Part shown: positions 48,049 through 57,870 of the stretch, piece after piece
Position numbering within the stretch: position 1 is the stretch's first letter
Layout: the number at the start of each line of letters is the position of its first letter
DNA from: Alistipes sp.
GTDB taxonomy: Bacteria > Bacteroidota > Bacteroidia > Bacteroidales > Rikenellaceae
Assembly (NCBI GenBank): GCA_045612405.1
Contig: JAZKYX010000029.1
Coordinates: 36,621 to 100,620 of the forward strand
Length of the DNA stretch: 64,000 nt
Reading direction: 5' to 3'
Program-made: the position numbers and the translations under genes
Notes under the pieces: model-generated
Database searches by the model: none
What the model was told of the DNA's origin: nothing
What the model saw: the letters and a program-made list of their open reading frames with translations, nothing else

Positions 48049-49575
48049 ATGTTTAAAGGACAACCAAAAGGTTTGTACGCCTTGGCTCTTGCCAACACTG
48101 GTGAGCGTTTTGGCTACTACACTATGCTTGCGGTATTCGCACTCTTCTTGCGCGCCAACTTCGGTCTGGACGCTGGTGTAGCTGGTACTATCTATTCTAC
48201 TTTCCTCGGATTGGTATATTTTATGCCTCTCATCGGTGGTATTATGGCCGACAAGTTCGGTTTTGGTAAGATGGTAACAAGCGGTATCTTCATTATGTTT
48301 ATCGGTTACTTGTTGCTCTCATTCCCACTCGGTGGCGACACTTTGGCGATGATTGCAATGCTCGGCGCACTTTTGTTCATCAGCGTGGGTACAGGTCTCT
48401 TCAAGGGTAACTTGCAGGTAATGGTAGGTAACCTCTACGACGATCCAAAGTATGCTGACAAGCGTGACTCGGCGTTCTCAATCTTCTATATGGCTATCAA
48501 CATCGGTGCTTTGTTTGCACCAACTGCTGCCGTTAAGATTAAGGAGTGGGCAGAGACTTCACTCGGCTTCTCGGGCAACGACGCTTACCACTTCTCATTC
48601 GCTGTGGCTTGCGTGGCGCTGATCGCATCAATTGCTATCTACTACATCTTCCGTCCTACATTCCGTCACGTTGAGGGTGGTGCAAAGAAGAAGGGCGAGG
48701 CTGACCAGGTGGTTGATACACTCACTCCAGAGCAGACAAAGGCTCGTATGATTGCTTTGTTCTTGGTATTTGCCGTTGTAATCTTCTTCTGGATGGCATT
48801 CCACCAGAACGGTTTGGCTCTTACTTACTTCGCTGATGAGTTCACCGAGAAGACTTCAGAGGGCTTGCAGAGTATGGCATTCAACGTATGGAACTTGGTT
48901 CTTATCATCGTGGCTGTGTATGCTGGTTTCTCTTTCTTCCAGAGCGAGGAGGCAAAGTCGAAGATCGTTTCAGCAGCTATCGGATTGGGTGTGATTGGTA
49001 TCTTGGTTTACAAGTGCCTCAACGTCCTCAACCTCACCCATTCAGTAGCAGTTAGCGCACCTATCTTCCAGCAGTTTAATCCATTCTATGTAGTTGCTTT
49101 GACCCCTGTATCTCTTGCAATCTTCGGTTCGTTGGCAGCAAAGGGCAAGGAGCCTTCAGCACCTCGAAAGATTGCTTACGGTATGTTGGTTGCAGCTATC
49201 GGTTTTGCAGTGATGGCATTCGGTTCATTTGGTCTTTTGACTCCAAACGAGCAGGCTGCTGCTGGCGAGGCTGGTACATTCGTATCTGCTAACTGGTTGA
49301 TCTCAACTTACCTCGTATTGACATTCGCAGAGTTGTTGCTCTCACCAATGGGTATCTCATTCGTATCGAAGGTTGCACCTCCAAAGTACAAGGGTATGAT
49401 GATGGGTTGCTGGTTTGTAGCAACTGCTATCGGTAATATGCTCGTAGCTGTGGGTGGTTTGCTTTGGGGTAACATTCCATTGTGGATCGTATGGTCAGTA
49501 TTTATTACTCTCTGCTTGCTTTCAGCGCTCTTTATGTTCGTTATGATGAAGCGTTTGGAGGCTGCTACAAAGTAA
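48049..49575 (+). CDS. POT/PTR family peptide MFS transporter
   Basis: GQPKGL, ERFGYY, GTGLFKGN, FYMAINIG, ELLLSPMG.S.V.K.AP. Confidence 0.95.
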   Translation: MFKGQPKGLYALALANTGERFGYYTMLAVFALFLRANFGLDAGVAGTIYSTFLGLVYFMPLIGGIMADKFGFGKMVTSGIFIMFIGYLLLSFPLGGDTLAMIAMLGALLFISVGTGLFKGNLQVMVGNLYDDPKYADKRDSAFSIFYMAINIGALFAPTAAVKIKEWAETSLGFSGNDAYHFSFAVACVALIASIAIYYIFRPTFRHVEGGAKKKGEADQVVDTLTPEQTKARMIALFLVFAVVIFFWMAFHQNGLALTYFADEFTEKTSEGLQSMAFNVWNLVLIIVAVYAGFSFFQSEEAKSKIVSAAIGLGVIGILVYKCLNVLNLTHSVAVSAPIFQQFNPFYVVALTPVSLAIFGSLAAKGKEPSAPRKIAYGMLVAAIGFAVMAFGSFGLLTPNEQAAAGEAGTFVSANWLISTYLVLTFAELLLSPMGISFVSKVAPPKYKGMMMGCWFVATAIGNMLVAVGGLLWGNIPLWIVWSVFITLCLLSALFMFVMMKRLEAATK

Positions 49576-49592
49576 TAGGCCAACAAATAAAG

Positions 49593-49628
49593 AAAACGGC
49601 AATGCTCTGCGGAGTGTTGCCGTTTTTT
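49593..49628 (+). terminator. Rho-independent terminator
   Basis: aaaacggcaatgctc-tgcg-gagtgttgccgtttt. Confidence 0.85.
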
Positions 49629-49676
49629 ATTTTTGCGAGTTTTGCACTATATTTGCCCAAACACAACTAACAAGCA

Positions 49677-50765
49677 ATGAAAACAATACTCCTTATAACT
49701 TTACTCGCATATCTGGGCGGCAATACATACCTATTCATCCGCGTGCTGCAACAGATGGCCAGCGTAAACCCTTTGTGGATAGTAATATTTGGAATCATAT
49801 TTTGGCTTTTTGCCGTGGCTCTATTCATTGCCATCGGCACACGCAACATCGCATTACCAGAAATACTGGCACGCGCTCTTTTCCAAATAGGCTCGGCGTG
49901 GATGGTATTTTTGCTATATATGGTATTGCTTTTGACAGTGGCCGATTTAGCACATCTTATATTTCCATCGTTTAACGGCTTCTACTACGCCTTGGGACTT
50001 ACACTCTGTTTATTGGTATATGGCCATTGGAACTACCGCCACCCCAATGTCAATATGGTTGAGATATCGCTCGAAAAACCACTTTCAAAGCCATTTAGAG
50101 TAGTAGCAGCGAGCGATATACACCTTGGCTACGGAACAGACAAGAAACGGCTAAAACAATATGTGGATTTGATAAACGAGCAACATCCCGACATCGTTGT
50201 GATTGCAGGTGACCTTATAGACAATAGCATCAAACCAGTGGAGAAGCATCGTATGGATGAGGAATTGCAAGAGATTGAAGCTCCTTGCGGAGTCTATATG
50301 GTGATGGGCAACCACGAATACATAAGCGGCAGGAAAGAGTGCGAAAAGTTTATCAGTTCGGCAAAGATTAACCTCCTAAGCGATAGTATCGCCACCCTAC
50401 CAAATGGTGTACAAATCATTGGTCGCGATGACCGTAGCAACCGCCACCGCAAGCCTTTGGAGAAGCTGGTTGCAGGATGCGACAACTCGATGCCAATGAT
50501 TCTTCTTGATCATCAACCCTATCTACTGTCACAGACCGACTCATTAAAGATAGACCTACAAATTTCAGGACACACCCACCGAGGACAGATATTCCCCATA
50601 AACCTACTCACAGACTATATCTATGAGCAGAGCCACGGCTACCGCCATTGGTCCTACTCCCACATCGTGGTATCAAGCGGGCTCTCGTTATGGGGACCAC
50701 CATTCCGCATTGGTACCAATAGTGATATATATGTAATCCAGATTTGCGGAAAGAAAAAAGACTGA
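49677..50765 (+). CDS. Membrane-anchored metallophosphoesterase (YkuE-like)
   Basis: 4 N-terminal TMs; SDIHLG, GDLID, GNHE, DHQP, SGHTHRGQ. Confidence 0.92.
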   Translation: MKTILLITLLAYLGGNTYLFIRVLQQMASVNPLWIVIFGIIFWLFAVALFIAIGTRNIALPEILARALFQIGSAWMVFLLYMVLLLTVADLAHLIFPSFNGFYYALGLTLCLLVYGHWNYRHPNVNMVEISLEKPLSKPFRVVAASDIHLGYGTDKKRLKQYVDLINEQHPDIVVIAGDLIDNSIKPVEKHRMDEELQEIEAPCGVYMVMGNHEYISGRKECEKFISSAKINLLSDSIATLPNGVQIIGRDDRSNRHRKPLEKLVAGCDNSMPMILLDHQPYLLSQTDSLKIDLQISGHTHRGQIFPINLLTDYIYEQSHGYRHWSYSHIVVSSGLSLWGPPFRIGTNSDIYVIQICGKKKD

Positions 50766-50787
50766 GCCTTGGGCCCAGTCTTTTTCA

Positions 50788-51351
50788 TTAAAGGAATTTC
50801 ATTACATATCCCGTAAGCAAATATGCCAAGATGTAGCATAAAATAAATATCGCAACACCCTTGCCGTTCTTTACATTTGTAGCCTCAGCAAATGCTTTAT
50901 AGCTCCAAATAAAGTACCAGATACTAAATAGCGCTGACGCAAAACCAACGATTGCAAGCAACGACATATGCTGCATCAGAATATCAATATTGCCATCAGT
51001 AGCATAGCCCATTATACTTTTAACGCTTGGCACTGCAAACATCAGCAGAGACAAATCAAAAGGAATACGAGCAAATAGATTAAAGGCTGCGACGTCAGAA
51101 AATCTGACTTTCGACTTAGAGGCAGCAACACCCAGGGCGAAAAGGATTACACTGAATGTAATCCACAACACCACTTGGCGAACAGTCGCACTCAACAAAG
51201 TACCGCCACCAAAATCAACCTGGGTGAGCGACGTTGCTCGCAGGCCACACTGCCAATTAAAAATAGCTGTCAAAATCATCGCCACCACGCCCCAACAGAT
51301 AGCTTGGCGCAAAGGTAAATAGCGAAACGGATTGATTAATTTCTTCATCAT
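50788..51351 (-). CDS. YIP1-family-like membrane protein
   Basis: 5 TM; 'INPFRY' N-terminus and 'KAF....NVK.GK' C-terminal pattern. Confidence 0.6.
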   Translation of the reverse strand: MMKKLINPFRYLPLRQAICWGVVAMILTAIFNWQCGLRATSLTQVDFGGGTLLSATVRQVVLWITFSVILFALGVAASKSKVRFSDVAAFNLFARIPFDLSLLMFAVPSVKSIMGYATDGNIDILMQHMSLLAIVGFASALFSIWYFIWSYKAFAEATNVKNGKGVAIFILCYILAYLLTGYVMKFL

Positions 51352-51365
51352 AATGGAATTTTTCG

Positions 51366-51638
51366 TTACTTTACATTCAACTGATTTAACTTTTCGATGA
51401 TGTCATCAAGGCGATTTCTCACGGTCGGATAACTAAGGCCCATTCTCTGTGCCATCTCTTTGAGCGAACCACTCGACTTCACAAAATCGCAGACAAAAGC
51501 CTGGTCCTCCTCCGCAAGTTGCATAAGCGGAGGCAGAGGATAGTCGCCATCAATCCTCGTATCGCACGCTGAGCAAAACATTGTCTTAACGCTCAATACC
51601 TCGCCACACGATGGGCAATTCTTGGGTAGTTTTTTCAT
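51366..51638 (-). CDS. DUF2089 family protein (Zn ribbon plus HTH)
   Basis: CPSCG..L.V....C..C.T.I.G.Y; SGSLKEMAQRMGLSYPTVRNRLDDII. Confidence 0.9.
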   Translation of the reverse strand: MKKLPKNCPSCGEVLSVKTMFCSACDTRIDGDYPLPPLMQLAEEDQAFVCDFVKSSGSLKEMAQRMGLSYPTVRNRLDDIIEKLNQLNVK

Positions 51639-51690
51639 AGGCGTATTCTTTTAGATTGCAAAATTCAACTTTAACAAACCTTGACTAAAC

Positions 51691-51714
51691 AAAATTAAGT
51701 ATTATATTAATTTT
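51691..51714. promoter_or_regulatory. Palindrome AAAATTAA-N8-TTAATTTT upstream of DUF2089
   Basis: Perfect 8-bp inverted repeat 53-76 bp upstream of the ATG; AT-rich, so chance is possible. Confidence 0.35.
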
Positions 51715-51771
51715 ACGCAAGTAATTGCGAATATTTTTACTATTATGTAGAATTATTACGGCTAAATTGAC

Positions 51772-51804
51772 AAAAAAAAGCGACCACCCTTGAAAGGTGG
51801 TCGC
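51772..51804 (-). terminator. Terminator of the gyrA-TPR unit
   Basis: A8 then gcgaccacc/ggtggtcgc stem. Confidence 0.85.
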
Positions 51805-51828
51805 CATTTGGGGAACAAGTAACAAATA

Positions 51829-53205
51829 TTACTGCTGATCCTTCATCTCGTTGTAGAGCTTGTTGTACTTAGTGTACTTCTCAGTCATACCCTCCTCCTC
51901 ATCACGAAGACGGAATGTAAGAATCTTCAAAGTCTCAACAGTAGAGAAATCCTTTGGATTGAGCTCAAATGCCTTCTCCAAGTATGGGATAGCCTGCTTG
52001 TAAACATCTGTTACCTTCTGAGAGTCAGCCTTCCACTCAGCGCTGCTCTTATAGTCACGCTTGTTGATCTCCTCACTCATAGCGTCACCCTTAGCAATGT
52101 GGAAATAACCAAGGAAGAAAGCTGCCTGAGCGTTAGTAGGCTCCAATTCGAGAACCTTCTGGAATGACACGATACTCTCATCGTAGTTCTTCAAGTTGTA
52201 GAATACCTTACCACGACCGAACCACATATCACGGTTCTTAGGATCGCGCTGCAAAGCTGCATCAATCATCTCAACCAACTCTGATGGATCACCCACGTTG
52301 TCACCTGCTGTGTATACATCAATCAACGCTGCAATGATGTTATCATTTGATGGGAACTTAGAGAGACCCTCCATCAAGAGCTGCTTTGCGCGCTGCATAT
52401 TAGCCTCACGAACAGCTGAGTCAGTCTGGCCATTGTAAGCGTGGTAAATAAACTGGTAGATATCACCCTTCTCGTCTGTGTAACCTGCTGCCAAAGCCTT
52501 ATCGAAAGCAACAATAGCCTTCTTGAAAGACTCCTGCTTCTTTGAACCTACGTTACCGTCCAATACCCACAAGTAACCCGCAAAATAGAGGAACTTAGCA
52601 TCCTTAGGATCCTTGAATGCTGGGTGCTCCTGAACCTCGTATGCACGGAAGTAGTTCTCAGCAGCACTGCCCCAACGAGCTGCATCCTGGTCAGCGTTAC
52701 CCGACATTGACAAGAAGTTGTTCAAACGCTTCAAACCAACCTCAACCTTTGATGCAGCCTTAGGATCAAGCTCAATAGCCTTGCTGTATGAGTTCAAAGC
52801 CTCAGTTACGAAATCAACACCATCCTTCACCTGCTTGGTCTGAATCCAAGTAATAACTTTATTATTAGCAACATAGATTTTTACCCAAGGGTAAACCATC
52901 TCAGTGTAAGTAACACCATTCAATACAACGCCATCAGTCTTTGACTCTGGAAGACCCATAGCTACCTCAATAACAGGATAATCAACACCTGTAAAGAGAT
53001 CCTTAGTTGGGATAATCGCAGCATCATAGTAAGCATTACCACGATTGATCCAAGTAGCAGCCTTAGAACCCTTCTTTGCATCCTTAACCGCTGCATCTGC
53101 ACTCGCAATCTTGTCAAGAAGCATCTGCTGGTTGACCTTCTGTGCCTTAACAACTGGTGTAGCCATAACCATTACAGCCATCACCGCAAAAATTAATCTC
53201 TTCAT
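51829..53205 (-). CDS. Tetratricopeptide repeat protein, secreted
   Basis: Signal peptide and multiple TPR helices; directly downstream of gyrA. Confidence 0.85.
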   Translation of the reverse strand: MKRLIFAVMAVMVMATPVVKAQKVNQQMLLDKIASADAAVKDAKKGSKAATWINRGNAYYDAAIIPTKDLFTGVDYPVIEVAMGLPESKTDGVVLNGVTYTEMVYPWVKIYVANNKVITWIQTKQVKDGVDFVTEALNSYSKAIELDPKAASKVEVGLKRLNNFLSMSGNADQDAARWGSAAENYFRAYEVQEHPAFKDPKDAKFLYFAGYLWVLDGNVGSKKQESFKKAIVAFDKALAAGYTDEKGDIYQFIYHAYNGQTDSAVREANMQRAKQLLMEGLSKFPSNDNIIAALIDVYTAGDNVGDPSELVEMIDAALQRDPKNRDMWFGRGKVFYNLKNYDESIVSFQKVLELEPTNAQAAFFLGYFHIAKGDAMSEEINKRDYKSSAEWKADSQKVTDVYKQAIPYLEKAFELNPKDFSTVETLKILTFRLRDEEEGMTEKYTKYNKLYNEMKDQQ

Positions 53206-53247
53206 AAAATTAATCTTTAATGAAACCGTTTAACTAATTATTATTAT

Positions 53248-55824
53248 TTATTCATTTGCCTCTGTTGGAGTTGCATCAGCTACCTCTGGCGATTCAACAA
53301 CAGCCTCAGCAGCCTCACCCTCGGCAACCACTACGTTCTCCGCAACCTCCTCATCTTCGCTAACAGGCACAGCCATCACAGATGCGATAACATCGCCCTC
53401 GCGCAAGTTGATAATCTTTACACCCTGGGTAGCACGACCTGCCAAACGAATCTGATCCACCTTGGTACGGATTGTCACGCCCGAACGGTTGATAATCATC
53501 AAGTCATTCTCGTCGGTCACAGCCTGGATAGATACCAAATCACCTGTCTTCTCGGTAATGTTGATAGTCTTAACACCCTTACCACCACGGTTGGTGATAC
53601 GATACTCGTCCAAATCGGTACGCTTACCATAACCATTCTCAGAAAGAACGAGCACGTCCTGCTTTGAGTCAGGCTCAATGCAAATCATACCTACAACCTC
53701 GTCGCCCTCGTCAAGTTCGATACCTCGAACACCCTGACCTGTACGACCAATAGGACGAACCTTATCCTCGTTGAAGCGGATAGCCTTACCGCCACGTGCC
53801 GCAATCATAATCTCGGCGCTACCGCTGGTAATCTTAGCCTCCAAGAGCTGGTCGCCCTCGCGGATAACGATAGCATTAACACCTGTCTGACGTGGACGTG
53901 AGTACTCCTTGAGCTTAGTCTTCTTCACGATACCCTCACGAGTACACATCACGATGTAGTTATTGTTGATATACTCCTCATCGCCCAAGTTCTTGGTATT
54001 GATGTATGCTCTAACCTTATCATCTGGCTCAATTTGGATAATATTCTGTATTGCGCGTCCCTTAGAAGAACGTGCGCCCTCAGGAATATCGTATACTTTA
54101 AGCCAATAACAACGACCCTTTTCAGTGAAGAATATCATTGTATTGTGCATTGAAGCCACATAGATGTGCTCGATGAAGTCCTCATCACGTGTAGCACTAC
54201 CCTTCACGCCTACACCACCACGGTTCTGAGTGCGATACTCAGCAAGTGGTGTACGCTTGATGTAACCCATATGCGAGATGGTGATAACCATATCATCATC
54301 GGCATAGAAATCCTCTGGGTTGAACTCCTCTGAAGAGTAAACAATCTCAGAACGACGCTCGTCGCCATACTTCTGCTTAATCTCGATAAGCTCATCCTTG
54401 ATAATCTGCATCTGCATATCGTTGCTTGCCAATACATCGTTGAAGTAGTTAATCTTACGCTCCAACTCTGCGTGCTCAGCCTCCAACTTCTCACGCTCCA
54501 AGCCTACGAGCTGACGCAGACGCATATCCACGATAGCCTGAGACTGAATCTCGCTCAAACCAAAACGCTCCTGCAATATCTGCTTAGCAACGTCGGTGCT
54601 ACGTGAAGACTTGATAATCTGTACAATCTCGTCAATGTTGTCCTGAGCGATGAGCAAGCCCTTAACGATGTGCATACGCTCCTGAGCCTTACGCAAGTCG
54701 AAACGTGTGCGGCGAACCACTACATCGTGACGGTGCTCCACGAAATGCTTGATCATATCCTTCAAGTTCAAGAGCATTGGACGGCCATTCACCAAAGCGA
54801 TGTTGTTTACCGCAAATGATGATTGAAGCTCGGTATTCTTGAACAAAGTGTTAAGCACAACATTTGCCGAAGCATCCTTCTTGACGAAAATTACGATACG
54901 CAAACCCTTACGGTCACTTTCGTCGTTGATGTATGAGATACCCTCCAACTTCTTCTCATTAACCATCGTGCCGATTTTCTTAATCATCTCGGCCTTGTTG
55001 ATCATATAAGGAATCTCAGTCACAACGATACACTCACGACCAGAAGGTGTGGTCTCAATCTCGGTACGGGCACGCATAATAACACGACCACGACCTGTCA
55101 AGAGAGCCTGCTTTGCACCCTCATAGCCATAAATCAATGCGCCTGTTGGGAAATCGGGACCCTTGACATATTTGAGCAACTCCTCGCACTCGCACTCAGG
55201 ATTGTCGATATATGCACAGCAAGCATCAACAACCTCGCCCAAGTTGTGGGGAGCCATATTGGTTGCCATACCTACGGCGATACCGCTCGCACCATTGACC
55301 AAAAGCAATGGAATCTTGGTTGGTAACACAGTTGGCTCATCAATTGTATCATCAAAGTTTTTAGTCCAATCGATAGTCTCCTTCTCGATATCGGCCATCA
55401 CCTCGTCGGTAATCTTCTGCATACGGGCCTCGGTATAACGCATAGCCGCAGCTTTATCACCGTCCATAGAACCAAAGTTACCCTGACCCTCAACCAATGG
55501 ATAACGCATAGCCCACTCCTGAGCCATACGAACCATAGCCTCGTAAACCGAGCTATCACCGTGAGGGTGGAACTTACCGAGTACGTCACCGACAATACGG
55601 GCAGACTTACGGGTTGGCTTATCAGAGTAGAGATTAAGCTCGTGACTCATATCATACAAAATACGACGATGCACAGGCTTCAAACCATCACGCACATCAG
55701 GCAACGCACGCGATACGATAACCGACATCGAGTAGTTGATATAAGCAGACTTCATCTCCTGCTCAATATTAATGGGAATAATTCTACCCACCAACTCCTC
55801 TTTCTTTTCTTCTTCGTTCAACAT
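53248..55824 (-). CDS. gyrA: DNA gyrase subunit A
   Basis: [32 protein letters not shown], GyrA-box QNRGGVG. Confidence 0.98.
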   Translation of the reverse strand: MLNEEEKKEELVGRIIPINIEQEMKSAYINYSMSVIVSRALPDVRDGLKPVHRRILYDMSHELNLYSDKPTRKSARIVGDVLGKFHPHGDSSVYEAMVRMAQEWAMRYPLVEGQGNFGSMDGDKAAAMRYTEARMQKITDEVMADIEKETIDWTKNFDDTIDEPTVLPTKIPLLLVNGASGIAVGMATNMAPHNLGEVVDACCAYIDNPECECEELLKYVKGPDFPTGALIYGYEGAKQALLTGRGRVIMRARTEIETTPSGRECIVVTEIPYMINKAEMIKKIGTMVNEKKLEGISYINDESDRKGLRIVIFVKKDASANVVLNTLFKNTELQSSFAVNNIALVNGRPMLLNLKDMIKHFVEHRHDVVVRRTRFDLRKAQERMHIVKGLLIAQDNIDEIVQIIKSSRSTDVAKQILQERFGLSEIQSQAIVDMRLRQLVGLEREKLEAEHAELERKINYFNDVLASNDMQMQIIKDELIEIKQKYGDERRSEIVYSSEEFNPEDFYADDDMVITISHMGYIKRTPLAEYRTQNRGGVGVKGSATRDEDFIEHIYVASMHNTMIFFTEKGRCYWLKVYDIPEGARSSKGRAIQNIIQIEPDDKVRAYINTKNLGDEEYINNNYIVMCTREGIVKKTKLKEYSRPRQTGVNAIVIREGDQLLEAKITSGSAEIMIAARGGKAIRFNEDKVRPIGRTGQGVRGIELDEGDEVVGMICIEPDSKQDVLVLSENGYGKRTDLDEYRITNRGGKGVKTINITEKTGDLVSIQAVTDENDLMIINRSGVTIRTKVDQIRLAGRATQGVKIINLREGDVIASVMAVPVSEDEEVAENVVVAEGEAAEAVVESPEVADATPTEANE

Positions 55825-56272
55825 ATTCTTCTTATTCGAAATTAGCGCTTTTGCGCAACATTTTAATCCAATATATTAATAAACAAAAGTAGTGTTTTTT
55901 TCTCAAATAAGCAATTTTAAGGGTGATTTTTAAGGTCTGTATTAGCTCATATTTTCAAAACTTTGCATTTGCGACCATTTTTGGGCGATTTGAGCGCAAA
56001 AAATATTTTTTACGACAGGGGGTCGGGGAAAAATCATCTTTTTTTGAAATATTTTACTAAAAAAAAGAGAGGTCAGAGTAACAACACCTAACTCCTCTTT
56101 CCAGATATGAAGCACAATAAATACCACACAAATAAAATAGCAGCGATAGAACTACCACGATATAAAAAAGCAGCACCTACCTCGATTAAAGGCAAGCGCT
56201 TGCAATAATTACCAAAATCTATTTTAGACTACTAAGCCATCCAACCCTTATTTGGAGCCTTTACGACCAAAG

Positions 56273-56305
56273 TCCCCCTTTGCCAAAGGGGGATTTAGAG
56301 GGATT
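56273..56305. repeat. REP-like palindrome TCCCCCTTT-GCC-AAAGGGGGA followed by TTTAGAGGGATT
   Basis: Perfect 9-bp inverted repeat in an intergenic region. Confidence 0.55.
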
Positions 56306-56399
56306 GTAAATATGGGTGGTTTACCACCACACTATATTAAGGGTTAAAAAAGAAAGCCCTCCCAAACGAGAAGACCACAACCATCCCAAGCGTGAGACC

Positions 56400-56526
56400 A
56401 ATTTTTCGTCAGAGTGGTGCAGATGTGGTGCTGACATAAAAAAGCCACCGATGGGTAGTACTAAGCGTACGTCCCATTGGTGGCTTTGATTGAAGCGCCG
56501 CAGATGCGCCGCTAGCACGGAAAATT
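56400..56526 (+). ncRNA. Candidate structured RNA (long imperfect hairpin); its core also serves as the CoA-transferase terminator on the minus strand
   Basis: Manual pairing of 56400-56432 with 56494-56526 and 56441-56455 with 56473-56487; six G-U pairs on the + strand. Confidence 0.45.
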
Positions 56527-57841
56527 ACTTGCCCATATAGCTTTTAATATAATGATGATGTGAACCGTAGCGCTCGAACGCAGCACGATCCAACTCCTCC
56601 TGTGCTGATGGGTGAGCAACCGAAATCAAGAGGCGCGCGCGCTCCTGAAGGCTCTTACCATACAAATCTACGGCACCATTCTCAGTTACAAACCAGTGCA
56701 TATGGCTACGAGTTGTAACAACACCTGCACCTGGCATCAACGCATCGCAAATCTTCGATACGCCCTTGTTTGTGATAGATGGCATAGCGATGATAGCCTT
56801 ACCACCCTTCGACATTGAGGCTCCATATACGAAGTCAACCTGACCACCTACGCCAGAGTAGAACTTGCGACCGAGTGAGTCGGCGCAAACCTGACCTGTG
56901 AGGTCAATCTGCAATGCAGAGTTGATAGCTGTAACCTTGTCGTTCTTAGCGATGATGTATGGGTCGTTGGTGTAACCTACGTCCTTCATCAAAACTGCTG
57001 GGTTATCGTCGATGAAGTTGTAAACATCGTTAGAACCCATCAAGAATGTAGATACCATCTTACCCTTATCGATATTCTTTGCCTCGCCGTTGATAACGCC
57101 TGCGCGAACCAATGGCAACACGCCGTCAGCGAACATCTCGGTGTGGATACCCAAGTTCTTGTGACCACCCAACTGTGCCAACACTGCGTTAGGAATAGCA
57201 CCGATACCCATCTGGAGTGTAGCGCCGTCCTCAATCAAAGCAGCACAATGCTTACCGATAGCAACCTCAACCTCGTTAGGAGCTGTGAAGTGAGCCTCCT
57301 CCAATGGCTGGTCGTCCTCAACAAAGAGGTCAATCTTCGACATAGGAATCATAGCATCACCGAACGCACGTGGAACATACTTATTCACCACTGCGATAAC
57401 AGTATCAGCGCACTCAACAGCTGCCAATGTAGCATCAACAGATGTACCGAGTGATACGAAACCATGCTTGTCAGGACGAGACACCTGAATCATAGCCACA
57501 TTACAAGGCACAGCACCGCAACGATACAAACGCTGAGTCTCGCTCAAAAATACTGGAATATAGTCAGCATAACCAGCCTGTGTAGTCTTACGCACGTTAC
57601 CGCCCACGAAGAATGAATCGAGCTGGAATACGCCCTCAAACTCTGGCTCAGAATATGGAGCTGGACCCTCAGTGTGGAGGTGGTGGATATGAACATCCTT
57701 CAACTCACCTGCACGACCGCGCTCGCACATAGCCTTAATCAAGCACTGTGGCGCAGATGCAACAGAACTCAAATGAATGTGATCACCCGACTTGATAACC
57801 TTAACAGCCTCCTCAGCTGTTGTAAATTTTACCTGTGTCAT
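56525..57841 (-). CDS. Acetyl-CoA hydrolase/transferase family (4-hydroxybutyrate CoA-transferase-like)
   Basis: TAEEAVKVIKSGD, GFVSLGTS, LQMGIGAIPNAV, HTEM, SGVGGQVDF, VTENG. Confidence 0.92.
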   Translation of the reverse strand: MTQVKFTTAEEAVKVIKSGDHIHLSSVASAPQCLIKAMCERGRAGELKDVHIHHLHTEGPAPYSEPEFEGVFQLDSFFVGGNVRKTTQAGYADYIPVFLSETQRLYRCGAVPCNVAMIQVSRPDKHGFVSLGTSVDATLAAVECADTVIAVVNKYVPRAFGDAMIPMSKIDLFVEDDQPLEEAHFTAPNEVEVAIGKHCAALIEDGATLQMGIGAIPNAVLAQLGGHKNLGIHTEMFADGVLPLVRAGVINGEAKNIDKGKMVSTFLMGSNDVYNFIDDNPAVLMKDVGYTNDPYIIAKNDKVTAINSALQIDLTGQVCADSLGRKFYSGVGGQVDFVYGASMSKGGKAIIAMPSITNKGVSKICDALMPGAGVVTTRSHMHWFVTENGAVDLYGKSLQERARLLISVAHPSAQEELDRAAFERYGSHHHYIKSYMGK

Positions 57842-57870
57842 TTTGTTTAGTTTGTAGTTTATGTTAGTAT

